32,000 bases of DNA from Nostoc punctiforme PCC 73102 (GTDB lineage Bacteria; Cyanobacteriota; Cyanobacteriia; Cyanobacteriales; Nostocaceae), in NCBI RefSeq assembly GCF_000020025.1, contig NC_010628.1, forward strand, positions 4,500,001 to 4,532,000, in the 5' to 3' direction. The translations under genes were made by a program, and so were the position numbers. Each line of letters starts with the position of its first letter. Position 1 is the first letter of the stretch. Of this stretch, positions 1-9,326 are shown piece by piece. The notes beneath the pieces are model-generated. The model ran no database searches, was not told where the DNA came from, and saw only the letters and a list, made by a program, of their open reading frames with translations.

Positions 1-2327
1 GGGTTGCTGCTAAAGTGCTGGCCGAATTAGGCGTTACCCTCAAAGACGCACGTCGTGAGGTAGAAAAAATTATTGGTAGGGGTTCTGGCTTTGTACCACC
101 AGAAATTCCTTTCACTCCCAAGGTGAAAAGCCTCTTCGAGCAATCTTTTAAAGAAGCTCATAGTCTGGGACAGAATTACATCAACACAGAACACTTACTC
201 TTAGGATTAACTGAGGCTGGTGAAGGTGTCGCCGCCAAAGTCCTGCAAAATCTAGGAGTTGACTTCAAGAGTGTCCGTAGTGCCATAGTTCGCCGTTTGG
301 GTGAAAATGCACCAGCTTTCGCTGGTAGTGGTAGTCAAAAGCGCACCCAACCGCTAACGATGGAAGAATATGGCAGAAATTTGACCAAATTAGCGCAAGA
401 AGGCAGACTCGACCCCGTAGTTGGTCGTGAGAAGGAAATTGAGCGGGCGATCCAAATTCTCGGTCGCCGGACTAAGAATAATCCCGTGTTGATTGGAGAA
501 CCAGGAGTTGGTAAAACTGCGATCGCAGAAGGTCTAGCTCAAAGAATTATCAACCAAGATGTTCCCGAAACCTTGCAAGACAAGCAAGTTATCAGCCTCG
601 ATATGGGGTCATTGGTAGCTGGGACTCGCTTCCGTGGCGATTTTGAAGAACGCATCAAAAAAGTTGTGGAAGAAGTTCGCACTGTCGGTAACATAATTTT
701 GGTAATTGACGAAATTCACACCTTGGTTGGCGCTGGTGGTACAGAAGGTGGTTTGGATGCAGCCAACATCCTCAAACCTGCCTTAGCACGGGGTGAACTC
801 CAGTGCATCGGCGCAACAACCCTTGATGAGTATCGGAAGCACATCGAGCGCGATGCCGCACTAGAACGTCGTTTCCAACCAATTATGGTTGGTGAACCCT
901 CAGTAGAAGAAACCGTACAAATTCTTTACGGCTTGCGCGGCGCTTACGAACAGCACCACAAAGTCACAATTTTGGATTCGGCACTTGTAGCAGCCGCAGA
1001 ATTATCAGACCGCTACATTAGCGATCGCTTCTTGCCAGATAAGGCAATAGACTTGATTGATGAAGCTGGTTCTCGCGTTCGTCTGCGGAATTCTCAAAGT
1101 TCTCCCAATAAAGAACTCAAGCGTGAACTCGCTGGCGTTACCAAAGAAAAAGAAGCAGCAGTCAGAGTCCAAGATTTTGACAAAGCTGTAACCCTACGCG
1201 ACCAAGAGTTAAAACTCGCAGAACAACTGCAAGCAACGTTTACACCAAACGAGCAACCTGTCAACTCTACTGTAGTTGACGAAGAAGACATTGCTCAAAT
1301 CGTTGCCTCTTGGACTGGCGTACCAGTCAACAAACTGACTGAATCTGAATCAGAGTTGCTTCTGCACCTAGAAGACACTCTGCATCAACGCCTCATCGGT
1401 CAAGAGCAAGCTGTCTCGGCTGTATCTCGCGGTATCCGTCGCGCCCGCGTCGGCTTGAAAAATCCCAATCGTCCCATTGCTAGCTTTATCTTCTCCGGGC
1501 CTACCGGAGTCGGTAAAACAGAATTGGCCAAGGCATTAGCTTCCTACTTCTTCGGTGCGGAAGACTCAATGATTCGGCTAGATATGTCCGAATACATGGA
1601 AAGTCATACTGTCGCCAAGCTAATTGGTTCGCCTCCGGGTTACGTCGGATACGACGAAGGCGGACAACTTACAGAAGCCGTGCGCCGGAAACCTTACACA
1701 GTGTTGCTATTCGACGAAATCGAAAAAGCACACCCCGATGTATTCAATATGCTGCTGCAAATCTTGGATGACGGTCATCTTACCGATGCCAAAGGTCGGA
1801 AGGTGGACTTCAAGAATACGCTGATCATTTTGACATCTAACATCGGTTCCAAGGTGATTGAAAAAGGTGGTAGTGGTTTAGGCTTTGACTTCGACACTCA
1901 AGCCAACGCTAGTTATAACCGCATCCGCACCTTGGTAAACGAGGAATTGAAAGCTTACTTCCGTCCTGAGTTCCTGAACCGTCTTGATGAAATTATCGTC
2001 TTCACCCAGCTTTCTAGGGATGAAGTGAAGCAAATTGCTGAAATTATGCTTCGTGAAGTTTCTAAACGCTTGACAGAAAAGGGAATTACTCTTGAAGTTA
2101 GCGATCGCTTCAAAGAACTTGTAGTGCAAGAAGGCTATAACCCTAGTTATGGTGCTAGACCATTACGTCGGGCAATTATGCGCCTTTTAGAAGATTCTCT
2201 CGCTGAAGCAATGCTGTCTGGTGAAATTACAGATGGAGACACAGCGCTTATCGATGTTGATGATGACTCTCAGGTGAGAGTACAAAAATTAGAAAAACGA
2301 GAATTGCTCTTGGCAAATGTTGGCTAA
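1..2327 (+). CDS. clpC: ATP-dependent Clp protease ATP-binding subunit ClpC (5' end outside window)
   Basis: The reading frame is open to base 1 ([11 protein letters not shown]...), so the GTG at 15 is not the true start. It has a Clp_N repeat, two Walker A loops ([16 protein letters not shown]), two Walker B motifs ([17 protein letters not shown]) and a UVR-like linker. Confidence 0.95.
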   Translation, partial: VAAKVLAELGVTLKDARREVEKIIGRGSGFVPPEIPFTPKVKSLFEQSFKEAHSLGQNYINTEHLLLGLTEAGEGVAAKVLQNLGVDFKSVRSAIVRRLGENAPAFAGSGSQKRTQPLTMEEYGRNLTKLAQEGRLDPVVGREKEIERAIQILGRRTKNNPVLIGEPGVGKTAIAEGLAQRIINQDVPETLQDKQVISLDMGSLVAGTRFRGDFEERIKKVVEEVRTVGNIILVIDEIHTLVGAGGTEGGLDAANILKPALARGELQCIGATTLDEYRKHIERDAALERRFQPIMVGEPSVEETVQILYGLRGAYEQHHKVTILDSALVAAAELSDRYISDRFLPDKAIDLIDEAGSRVRLRNSQSSPNKELKRELAGVTKEKEAAVRVQDFDKAVTLRDQELKLAEQLQATFTPNEQPVNSTVVDEEDIAQIVASWTGVPVNKLTESESELLLHLEDTLHQRLIGQEQAVSAVSRGIRRARVGLKNPNRPIASFIFSGPTGVGKTELAKALASYFFGAEDSMIRLDMSEYMESHTVAKLIGSPPGYVGYDEGGQLTEAVRRKPYTVLLFDEIEKAHPDVFNMLLQILDDGHLTDAKGRKVDFKNTLIILTSNIGSKVIEKGGSGLGFDFDTQANASYNRIRTLVNEELKAYFRPEFLNRLDEIIVFTQLSRDEVKQIAEIMLREVSKRLTEKGITLEVSDRFKELVVQEGYNPSYGARPLRRAIMRLLEDSLAEAMLSGEITDGDTALIDVDDDSQVRVQKLEKRELLLANVG

Positions 2328-2442
2328 TTTTATACCCGATCGCTTTTTGCTGTAATATTTGAGAAATAATTAGCCTCTCATCTAAGTAGAGGCGATCGCA
2401 GGGTCATCTCCGACAAACATAAGTGAAATGGTATATTTTATA

Positions 2443-2474
2443 CCCCTAGTAGAAATGCTAGGGGCTTTTTTTTA
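2443..2474 (+). terminator. Candidate rho-independent terminator downstream of clpC
   Basis: Stem cccctag (2443..2449) pairs with ctagggg (2458..2464) across an 8-nt loop, followed by cttttttttat. It lies about 115 nt after the clpC stop, so it could instead end a short separate transcript. Confidence 0.45.
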
Positions 2475-2563
2475 TGCAATTTTCTACACTTCATCCTTAA
2501 TGATACCGTTGCAACTTAGTGTTAGCGGTAATATGGCATCTAATTGTTATAAACAACTCATTT

Positions 2564-3658
2564 TTATAGTGATTCCTCTGGCAACAATTCTGATGCTAAT
2601 TCACTCTTAACTACATTCTCAGAATCACCAGATTTAGAGAAACCATCTGCTGCATCCTTGATAAAACCAGCTACAGGTACCGCGATTAGCAAACCTAAAA
2701 CTCCACCGACATTGGTTCCTACAAGTAAAGCAATTAACACCCATATTGGTCGGAGCCCAGTAAATCTACCTAAAAGGCGTGGTGCGATCGCCTGATCGAT
2801 TAATTGGTCAATGACAACAGCTACCGCAAAAACCTTCACTGCTAGCCAAAAGTCATGTGTGGCTATTATGAAAGTTATCACAACCACGCTGACGACATCG
2901 CCAAAGGGAATTAAGCTCAAAAGCCCGACTCCCAAACCAAAGAGTAAAGAAAACTGGACTTGAAAAGCTAAAAACATTAATGTTTCTGAAACTCCCATCA
3001 GCAAAGCCAAAGTTACCTGCCCAATCAAGTAATTTTGGAAATTTTGCTGAATAGACTGGCTTACCTGTTGGGCAAAACTCCCCGGTAACTTCTTAAATAT
3101 CCCCTGCCAAATTCTTGGACCATCTAACAACAGATAAAAAGTCAGCACTACTATAATTAATCCATCAGAAACACTATCAATCGTATCTACAATAATGCTT
3201 AAAAGTTTATCCGTAACGAACTCTAATTCATTAGGTAATTGGTCAGTTACTTGTGTTAATAGGTGACTTAAATTCACATTTAATTTGTGGTTAAAAAACC
3301 AATTATTTAAAATTTGAAGTTTTTCTTCGCTAGAATCAATCCATTGAGGAAGAACTTTCACCATCTCATTAAATTGCTCTAACACAATAGGAACTAAAGT
3401 AATACCCAGAGCAACGATAATTATCAATGCTGATATAAAAACTAATGATACTGCATAGCCACGTTTCACTCCCTGCCTTTGGAGAATGGCAACAGGATAG
3501 TTTAAAACAAATGCAAGTAAAGTAGCTAAGACAAGAATTGTTACGACAGGTTGAAAATTTTTAACAAGCAAAAATGCTAGCCAACCATTAAGAAACACTA
3601 GAGGAAATAACAGCGTAAAAATTAACCATCTAAGTAGTTGATTGAGTGGGAAATTCAT
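2564..3658 (-). CDS. AI-2E family (PerM/UPF0118-like) membrane transporter
   Basis: 364-aa polytopic membrane protein. Its length and C-terminal pattern (...PIWVLIALLVGTNVGGVLGLLIAVPVAGFIKD) are typical of the AI-2E family. Assigned from memory of the family, not by search. Confidence 0.8.
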   Translation of the reverse strand: MNFPLNQLLRWLIFTLLFPLVFLNGWLAFLLVKNFQPVVTILVLATLLAFVLNYPVAILQRQGVKRGYAVSLVFISALIIIVALGITLVPIVLEQFNEMVKVLPQWIDSSEEKLQILNNWFFNHKLNVNLSHLLTQVTDQLPNELEFVTDKLLSIIVDTIDSVSDGLIIVVLTFYLLLDGPRIWQGIFKKLPGSFAQQVSQSIQQNFQNYLIGQVTLALLMGVSETLMFLAFQVQFSLLFGLGVGLLSLIPFGDVVSVVVITFIIATHDFWLAVKVFAVAVVIDQLIDQAIAPRLLGRFTGLRPIWVLIALLVGTNVGGVLGLLIAVPVAGFIKDAADGFSKSGDSENVVKSELASELLPEESL

Positions 3659-3755
3659 AATTAATTTAAAACTAAAATTATTCTAGTTACTAGATTTAAC
3701 TGGTGAAATATACTCAACGGCAATAAAATGAGAAAAATCTCCCAATTTCCAATTA

Positions 3756-5189
3756 TTAACTTTCAGCAAAAGCTAAAAATTGTTCCTCATTTATTCGCCC
3801 TGCTTGATAGAGAGTATTGGTAATTTCCGAAATAGTTAAAACTGAATGGCTGCGATAACCATTCTGCTGTAACCTATCTTTCACCCCTTGTTCATGATCG
3901 ATAAGTACCACAATATCATTAACATTTAATCCTGCTGATTCTAACTTTCCTGCCCCTTCCATAACACTTTTGCCACTGATGAGAATATCGTCAACTACCA
4001 CAACTGTTTCACCAGGATGAAAGTTACCCTCAATAACTCTGCGTGTTCCGTGGGCCTTCACCTCTTTACGGGGGAAAATCATTGGACAATGAAGGCGCAA
4101 AGCTAAACCAGTCGCGGTAGGCAAAGAACCATAAGGAATACCTGCCAACCTATCAAAATTGAGATTCTTCAAAATATCCTCATAAGCAGTGAGAACTTGA
4201 TTAAAAACTTGAGGATTAGAAATAATTTTGCGTAAGTCGATGTAATAAGGAAATATTGCTCCTGATGCTTGGACAAAACTGCCAAACATAATACAGTCAA
4301 TGTCATAAAGTTGTAAAATCAAATCCTGATAGGGGTGCTGATTTAGGAAACAAACATCAGGAAACCACACAGAACATGTAGAATTTTCGTGAATAATTTC
4401 AGTTTTTAGTTGATTAATTTCTGCGCGTAAAGACTCGACTTCCTCAGATAATTGTGTGTTTCCCAACATATCTTGAGGAACAGGAATCAGCAAACCATCA
4501 CCGTTATCATTCAAACCTGCTTCTAAAATTTGTCTTAGGTTTCCACCCTTCGCCCAGATGCTACGCGCCATAATAATCCGTTCAGGCGCGATCGCTCGAA
4601 TCAAGGCTAAAACTTCAGCATTTGTAGTTCCCACTTCCAAACCCAATTGTTCTGGAGTTCCCCAAGTTTTTGATTCTTTTACCACCTGTAAATAAAGGGG
4701 TGACTCGTTTGTGGGATATTGCTGTAAGGCTTCTGCACCTGGATTAGAAGTACAACATAAGATAAACACCGCTTTCTCAGGATAGACCAAAAAAGGGGCT
4801 ACATGATCTTGTCCTGTATAGGGACTAAGAGTGATTGCATCCACCTGCCATTCTGTAAACACAGTTTGGGCAAAAATGGTACTAGTATTTAAATCACTGT
4901 GTTTGGCATCTAAAATCACTGGGATGTGCGCTGGAATTGCTGCTAAAGTTTTGTACAGCAGTTCTAAGCCGGGAATACCTAACGCTTCGTAAAAGCCAAG
5001 TGTAGGTTTATAAGCACAAACGTAATCAGCAGTTTCCGCAATAATGAATTGTAACCACTTTTCCAAACCAGCGATGAGTTCTTCAGATTCATAACGCACA
5101 GGCATCATCTCTGGATTTGGATCGAGTCCTACAAATAGTAAGCTTTGATTTTGCAAGATACTACGATTCAATTTATCAAAAAAGTTCAT
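3756..5189 (-). CDS. pyrF: Bifunctional orotidine-5'-phosphate decarboxylase / orotate phosphoribosyltransferase (PyrF-PyrE fusion)
   Basis: The N-terminal half has type-2 OMP decarboxylase motifs (LFVGLDPNP, ILDAKHSDLNTS). The C-terminal half has the PRTase PRPP loop (VVVVDDILISGKS). Confidence 0.9.
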   Translation of the reverse strand: MNFFDKLNRSILQNQSLLFVGLDPNPEMMPVRYESEELIAGLEKWLQFIIAETADYVCAYKPTLGFYEALGIPGLELLYKTLAAIPAHIPVILDAKHSDLNTSTIFAQTVFTEWQVDAITLSPYTGQDHVAPFLVYPEKAVFILCCTSNPGAEALQQYPTNESPLYLQVVKESKTWGTPEQLGLEVGTTNAEVLALIRAIAPERIIMARSIWAKGGNLRQILEAGLNDNGDGLLIPVPQDMLGNTQLSEEVESLRAEINQLKTEIIHENSTCSVWFPDVCFLNQHPYQDLILQLYDIDCIMFGSFVQASGAIFPYYIDLRKIISNPQVFNQVLTAYEDILKNLNFDRLAGIPYGSLPTATGLALRLHCPMIFPRKEVKAHGTRRVIEGNFHPGETVVVVDDILISGKSVMEGAGKLESAGLNVNDIVVLIDHEQGVKDRLQQNGYRSHSVLTISEITNTLYQAGRINEEQFLAFAES

Positions 5190-5216
5190 TTTTTTAGTTT
5201 AAAAAAATATCATTTA

Positions 5217-5810
5217 CTAAAACATTGATTCTGTTAATTCAGTACCACCAGCTTTTTGCCCTAATTGATAGTGAATCGCTGCAAATAAGATAACCATCGG
5301 CACTGAGGCAAAGTGAACAATTCGCAATGCTTGCCAATTGCCAAACAAATCCACAATCCAGGGAAATTGAGCAGGTTTATACATTCCTATTCCTGTAAAT
5401 AACGCCAGCAGCAAGATCGGAATAATTGCTGTATACGCAATCCGATGCCAAGCATAAATTAGGCGTTTAGAATTGTGACTTTTTTGTAATGCTTTGAAGT
5501 CATTTGCACCGACAAACCGATGTCGCCAGCGTCGGGTAATTAAAATGTAAATTCCATACCACAAGAGATTTAGCGAAAATAGCCACATTGCAGCAAAATG
5601 CCAGTGTCTACCTCCTGCCAGCCAACCTCCTAATGTAAATATCGGAGGAATGTGCAAACCTGCACGTCCACCAAAAACAGGGTTGGCGTTGTAAATTTGT
5701 AGTCCACTGGTGAGCATGATAAACAGGCTAATGATGTTACACCAGTGGAAAATTTTGGCTGCGATCGCTTGAGTCGGTCGCTTTCGAGTTTGAGAGGGGG
5801 TCAAAGTCAT
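5217..5810 (-). CDS. Cytochrome b (Ni/Fe-hydrogenase/thiosulfate reductase cytochrome b subunit-like) membrane protein
   Basis: 197 aa with 4-5 hydrophobic helices and conserved His residues in the helices (FHW, HWHF, AWHR, VHF, IHY), as in the PF01292-type family. It sits 27 bp upstream of pyrF-pyrE on the same strand. Confidence 0.7.
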   Translation of the reverse strand: MTLTPSQTRKRPTQAIAAKIFHWCNIISLFIMLTSGLQIYNANPVFGGRAGLHIPPIFTLGGWLAGGRHWHFAAMWLFSLNLLWYGIYILITRRWRHRFVGANDFKALQKSHNSKRLIYAWHRIAYTAIIPILLLALFTGIGMYKPAQFPWIVDLFGNWQALRIVHFASVPMVILFAAIHYQLGQKAGGTELTESMF

Positions 5811-6071
5811 AGATTTTGACTAGCAAGTTTGGGTGTGGGTATTACTCACATTTATTTTTTCATCCCATGATTCAGTATTCTGACATTGATGGTCTACATC
5901 TGCTGTTTTAACTGTCAGTTTAGGTATGAATAGGGTTGTTCTAAGCTAAATATTCAAAATTGGGCGGCTGTTCAGTGACGCTGTTAAAATGCTGTACCCT
6001 GTTCTAGTGACCCACGACCAAAGATATTCTATCCGGTATATTCCTAGCAGCGATCGCTAATTGGACTGGTT

Positions 6072-6917
6072 ATGAAGGAAACATGGATTTCTGAGCGCCG
6101 GATGATTCAATTGCCTGGATTAACTATCGATCGTCATATCTCAGCACCGAACGAGCTTGAATTCCCTGGATGCAAGTATCATCTGCTTTGTATCTTGTTA
6201 AGCGACCATAATCAACAAAAAATGACTCGCATCGGCGAACAAGAATCACAAAAATCTCAAGCCAAAGGAGACTTTTGGATTTGTCCTGCGAAGATGTCGG
6301 GGATTTGGTCATGGAATAGCACCGATGAATCGTTAACGTTTGTAATTGATCCACTGTTTTTGTCTCGAATGGCAGAAGAAGTTGGGGAACTAAATGAAAG
6401 CAAAGTTGAATTACTAAGTACGGTAAATGCCCACGATCCACAAATTGAAGCGATCGCTCGTTTGTTTCAAGCAGAATTTGACACGGGTGGACTCGGTGGC
6501 CATCTTTATGCCGAATCGTTGATCCAGGTGTTGATTGTTCACTTGCTGCGACAATACTGTGCGTTTTCACCAAAAATAAAGCCCGATGTGGGAAGTATGC
6601 CTAACAATCGGCTTCAGCCAGTCTTTGACTACATTCACAGCTATTTAGATCGGCCCCTACTTCTCGCTGAACTAGCAGAAATTTCAGGTATAAGTCAATA
6701 TTATTTTTGCCGATTATTTAAGCAGTCAATGGGTGTAGCACCCTATCAATATGTACTTCAGCAACGTATGGAAAAAGCTAAAGAACTATTGCACCAAAGA
6801 AAATATGCGATCGCAGAAATTGCTCTGCTGGTTGGTTGTGCAGACCAAAGCCGCTTTACAAGGCATTTTAAAAAATATGTCGGAGTCACACCCAGGATGT
6901 TTTTAAGCAAAAAGTAG
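6072..6917 (+). CDS. AraC family transcriptional regulator
   Basis: C-terminal double HTH signature (LAELAEISGISQYYFCRLFKQSMGVAPYQYVLQQRMEKAKELL ... IAEIALLVGCADQSRFTRHFKKYVGVTPRMF). Confidence 0.85.
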   Translation: MKETWISERRMIQLPGLTIDRHISAPNELEFPGCKYHLLCILLSDHNQQKMTRIGEQESQKSQAKGDFWICPAKMSGIWSWNSTDESLTFVIDPLFLSRMAEEVGELNESKVELLSTVNAHDPQIEAIARLFQAEFDTGGLGGHLYAESLIQVLIVHLLRQYCAFSPKIKPDVGSMPNNRLQPVFDYIHSYLDRPLLLAELAEISGISQYYFCRLFKQSMGVAPYQYVLQQRMEKAKELLHQRKYAIAEIALLVGCADQSRFTRHFKKYVGVTPRMFLSKK

Positions 6918-6935
6918 AACTTTGCAATGCCAACT

Positions 6936-6964
6936 GCGTAGGCGTAGCCCAACCTAGGCATCGC
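6936..6964 (+). repeat. Copy of a ~28-nt dispersed repeat (gcgtaggcgtagccc-aacc-taggcatcgc)
   Basis: Near-identical to the reverse complement of 7568..7595. Related to 17215..17239 and 22848..22865. Confidence 0.7.
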
Positions 6965-7102
6965 AAGAATGACCTAAATCATGATTTGATGTAGCAAGAA
7001 AAGTCTATCGTTTATCCAGCAGCACACTGTACCTTCATTTGTAGGAGCTACGGCTGATGAACCCATCAGCGAAACTAATCAACTAGGGGCATAGCAAAAT
7101 TT

Positions 7103-7642
7103 ATGAGAAGGATTAGTCGTATTTTGCTTTCTATTGTTCTCGTCAGCACTGCTGTAGTTTCGGTAGCGGTAGATTGGAACGCGACTCACCTCTTTAACTC
7201 CGAATGGCATCCCCATGCTAAATTTCATGATGCAGTGATGCTGTGGTTATTGAGTGGCATTGCACCAAAACATCATCACCACACTCACAACGATCACCAT
7301 CATTCTGCCAATTCTCAAGTTACGTTACAGTCTCTTCTAACTCTAGGGATCGCTGGTGGTCTAGTTCCCTGCCCATCAGCGCTAGTATTATTGTTGAGTG
7401 CGATCGCACTTCACCAAACTGTATATGGTTTGCTCTTAGTTTGTGCCTTCAGTGTGGGATTAGCAGTCGTACTAATAACCATTGGTTTAGTTATTATTTA
7501 TGCTCACCAATGGCTGAAGGGTTTTTCATGGGTGCAACCATTACAGCAGTATACGCCGATAATTAGTGCGATGCCTACGGCGGGCTACGCCTACGTGGTG
7601 ATTATTGTAGGAAGTGTACTGATGGCTTGTGCTGTCATTTAA
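7103..7642 (+). CDS. Chimeric or truncated NicO/RcnA-type nickel-cobalt transporter-like protein (C-terminal half only)
   Basis: A His-rich loop (KHHHHTHNDHHH) is followed by the NicO signature GLVPCPSALVLLLSAI and two further TM helices. The N-terminal NicO half is absent and replaced by an unrelated signal-anchor segment (DWNATHLFNSEWHPHAKFHD). The 3' end carries a dispersed-repeat copy. Confidence 0.5.
   Translation: MRRISRILLSIVLVSTAVVSVAVDWNATHLFNSEWHPHAKFHDAVMLWLLSGIAPKHHHHTHNDHHHSANSQVTLQSLLTLGIAGGLVPCPSALVLLLSAIALHQTVYGLLLVCAFSVGLAVVLITIGLVIIYAHQWLKGFSWVQPLQQYTPIISAMPTAGYAYVVIIVGSVLMACAVI
7568..7595 (-). repeat. Copy of the ~28-nt dispersed repeat, inside the NicO-like ORF
   Basis: The sequence gcgatgcctacggcgggctacgcctacg is translated in frame as AMPTAGYAY. 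Its first 18 nt are the exact reverse complement of 22848..22865. Confidence 0.75.
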
Positions 7643-7680
7643 GTGTTCAGAAGACAATACCAAATTTATAAAACTCAAGT

Positions 7681-7763
7681 ATTGTGAATACATCGACTTG
7701 CATTGTGAATGCATTGACCTGCATTGTGAATGCGGCCGTTGCCTTGTTAATATATCGACTTCC
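7681..7763. repeat. Tandem repeat, about 21 bp x 4
   Basis: The units are attgtgaatacatcgacttgc, attgtgaatgcattgacctgc, attgtgaatgcggccgttgcc and ttgttaatatatcgacttcc. The array lies between convergent genes. Confidence 0.8.
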
Positions 7764-7796
7764 AAAAACTAACACATCTTACCCAAAGCTAATTAC

Positions 7797-9326
7797 TTAA
7801 AAGCTGGCATGTTTTCTAATAGCAGCATAGTGTTTTGCTGTTGTATTCATTTCAATTACCAACTCTGTACCTTGACCTAATTTAGAATTACACTTAATTT
7901 TACCTTGATGTTTTTCAACGATAATTTCTCGACTAATTGATAGTCCCAGCCCCTTACCTTTACCTACTGCTTTGGTGGTAAAAAATGGTTCAAACATCTG
8001 TCTTTGGATATGAGGAAGTATGCCTTGACCATTGTCAGAAATACGAATTATAACTTTGTGTTTTTTTCCTATTTGTTTGTTATTTGGCCAAATATCATTA
8101 CTATTGACTAATGACAAATGACTTCTAACAATTTCTGTATGAATAAAAATTTTGGGAGTAAATGAATAATCATATTTCATCCTTTCTTCTAAGGCATCAA
8201 TGGCATTAGTTAAGATGTTCATGAATACCTGGTTTAGATCACCTGAGTAACACTCGATTAAGGGTAATTCACCAAAGTCTTTAATTACTTCAATCCCGGC
8301 TCTATCAGGCTTTTCTTTCAGCCGATGCTGTAAAATTCTCAGAACACTATCAAGTCCTTCGTGCAGGTCAACCTTTTTCATTTGGCCTTCGTCAGAGGTT
8401 GAGAAATTCCGCAAGGCGAAAACAATTTCTTTAACGCGTTCCGAGCCGGCTCGCATTGACCACAGTAATTTTAAAAAGTCCGTCTTCACGAAACTAAGGT
8501 CGAGGCATTGCAGATGTAAGGCTATGACTGGGGTAGGTTTGGGATAGTAATGTTGGTAAAGTTCAATGATTCTGATTAAATCTTCAGCGTATTGACTCGC
8601 AGGATGGAGATTGCCGTAGATGAAGCTAACAGGGTTGTTAATTTCGTTAGCCATATCCGCCACCAGTTGACCGAGGTTAGCCATTTTCTGGTTCTGCAAT
8701 AACTGCCTTTGGGTATATTTGAGTTCTTCGTGGGTAGTTTCTAGCTGCTGTGATTTTTCTCTAACTTGGTCTTCAGTAGACTGGTGTTGGGCAATTTCTC
8801 TTTGGAGTTGTTCAAGTAGTTGGTATTGTTGAGTAGCGATCGCCTTATCCTGGCTAATATCCTTGTGTGTCCCTGCCATTCGCACTGGTTTGCCGGATTC
8901 ATCCCACTGAAATACTTTGCCACAAGCCAAAATCCATTTCCATTCGCCGGATTTAGTTAACATTTGCAATTCAACTTCAAACACAGGCGTGTATCCTTGG
9001 AGATAATCGTGCAACACCTGGCGAATTCTTGGTAAATCTTGTGGATGTACAAGTCGCTCAAAGGATTTATGCTCATGAGCGATTTCGTCTAATCCATACC
9101 CCAAAATGCCCTTCCACTGGGGATCGTAATAGGTTTTATTGGTTATGAGATTCCAATCCCACAACCCCAAGCCACTGGCGATTAATGCCATCTGTAAGGC
9201 TGCTTGTGAGCATTGACAAGGATCTAAATTTTCTGGAGATAAGTCTTTTGATTCTGGGAAACTCTGCGAATCTGGTACTGAAAGTGGAGCTTCCGGTTTA
9301 TGGGTAGCGGGTTCTTCGATATGCAT
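7797..9326 (-). CDS. PAS-domain histidine-kinase-like protein (H-box His replaced by Asn)
   Basis: It has a PAS domain (GLWDWNL...HPQDL...), a coiled coil, a dimerisation/H-box region (LGQLVADMANEINNPVSFIYGNL), an N box (NILTNAIDAL), G1 (DNGQGI) and G2 (GKGKGLGLSIS). Confidence 0.85.
   Translation of the reverse strand: MHIEEPATHKPEAPLSVPDSQSFPESKDLSPENLDPCQCSQAALQMALIASGLGLWDWNLITNKTYYDPQWKGILGYGLDEIAHEHKSFERLVHPQDLPRIRQVLHDYLQGYTPVFEVELQMLTKSGEWKWILACGKVFQWDESGKPVRMAGTHKDISQDKAIATQQYQLLEQLQREIAQHQSTEDQVREKSQQLETTHEELKYTQRQLLQNQKMANLGQLVADMANEINNPVSFIYGNLHPASQYAEDLIRIIELYQHYYPKPTPVIALHLQCLDLSFVKTDFLKLLWSMRAGSERVKEIVFALRNFSTSDEGQMKKVDLHEGLDSVLRILQHRLKEKPDRAGIEVIKDFGELPLIECYSGDLNQVFMNILTNAIDALEERMKYDYSFTPKIFIHTEIVRSHLSLVNSNDIWPNNKQIGKKHKVIIRISDNGQGILPHIQRQMFEPFFTTKAVGKGKGLGLSISREIIVEKHQGKIKCNSKLGQGTELVIEMNTTAKHYAAIRKHASF

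Noticed and set aside
2428-2610. 60-aa hydrophobic ORF between clpC and the permease
   Set aside because: It spans the terminator hairpin and overlaps the 3' end of the permease gene on the opposite strand. No RBS or conservation evidence is available. It cannot be supported, although a small membrane peptide cannot be fully excluded.
6124-6573. 149-aa ORF antisense to the AraC regulator gene
   Set aside because: It has no recognisable motifs, while the AraC frame carries a clear family signature. It is a shadow ORF.
7243-7566. 107-aa alternative-frame ORF inside the NicO-like ORF
   Set aside because: The overlapping frame at 7103..7642 carries the His-rich loop and the GLVPCPSAL transporter motif. 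The alternative frame has no motifs.
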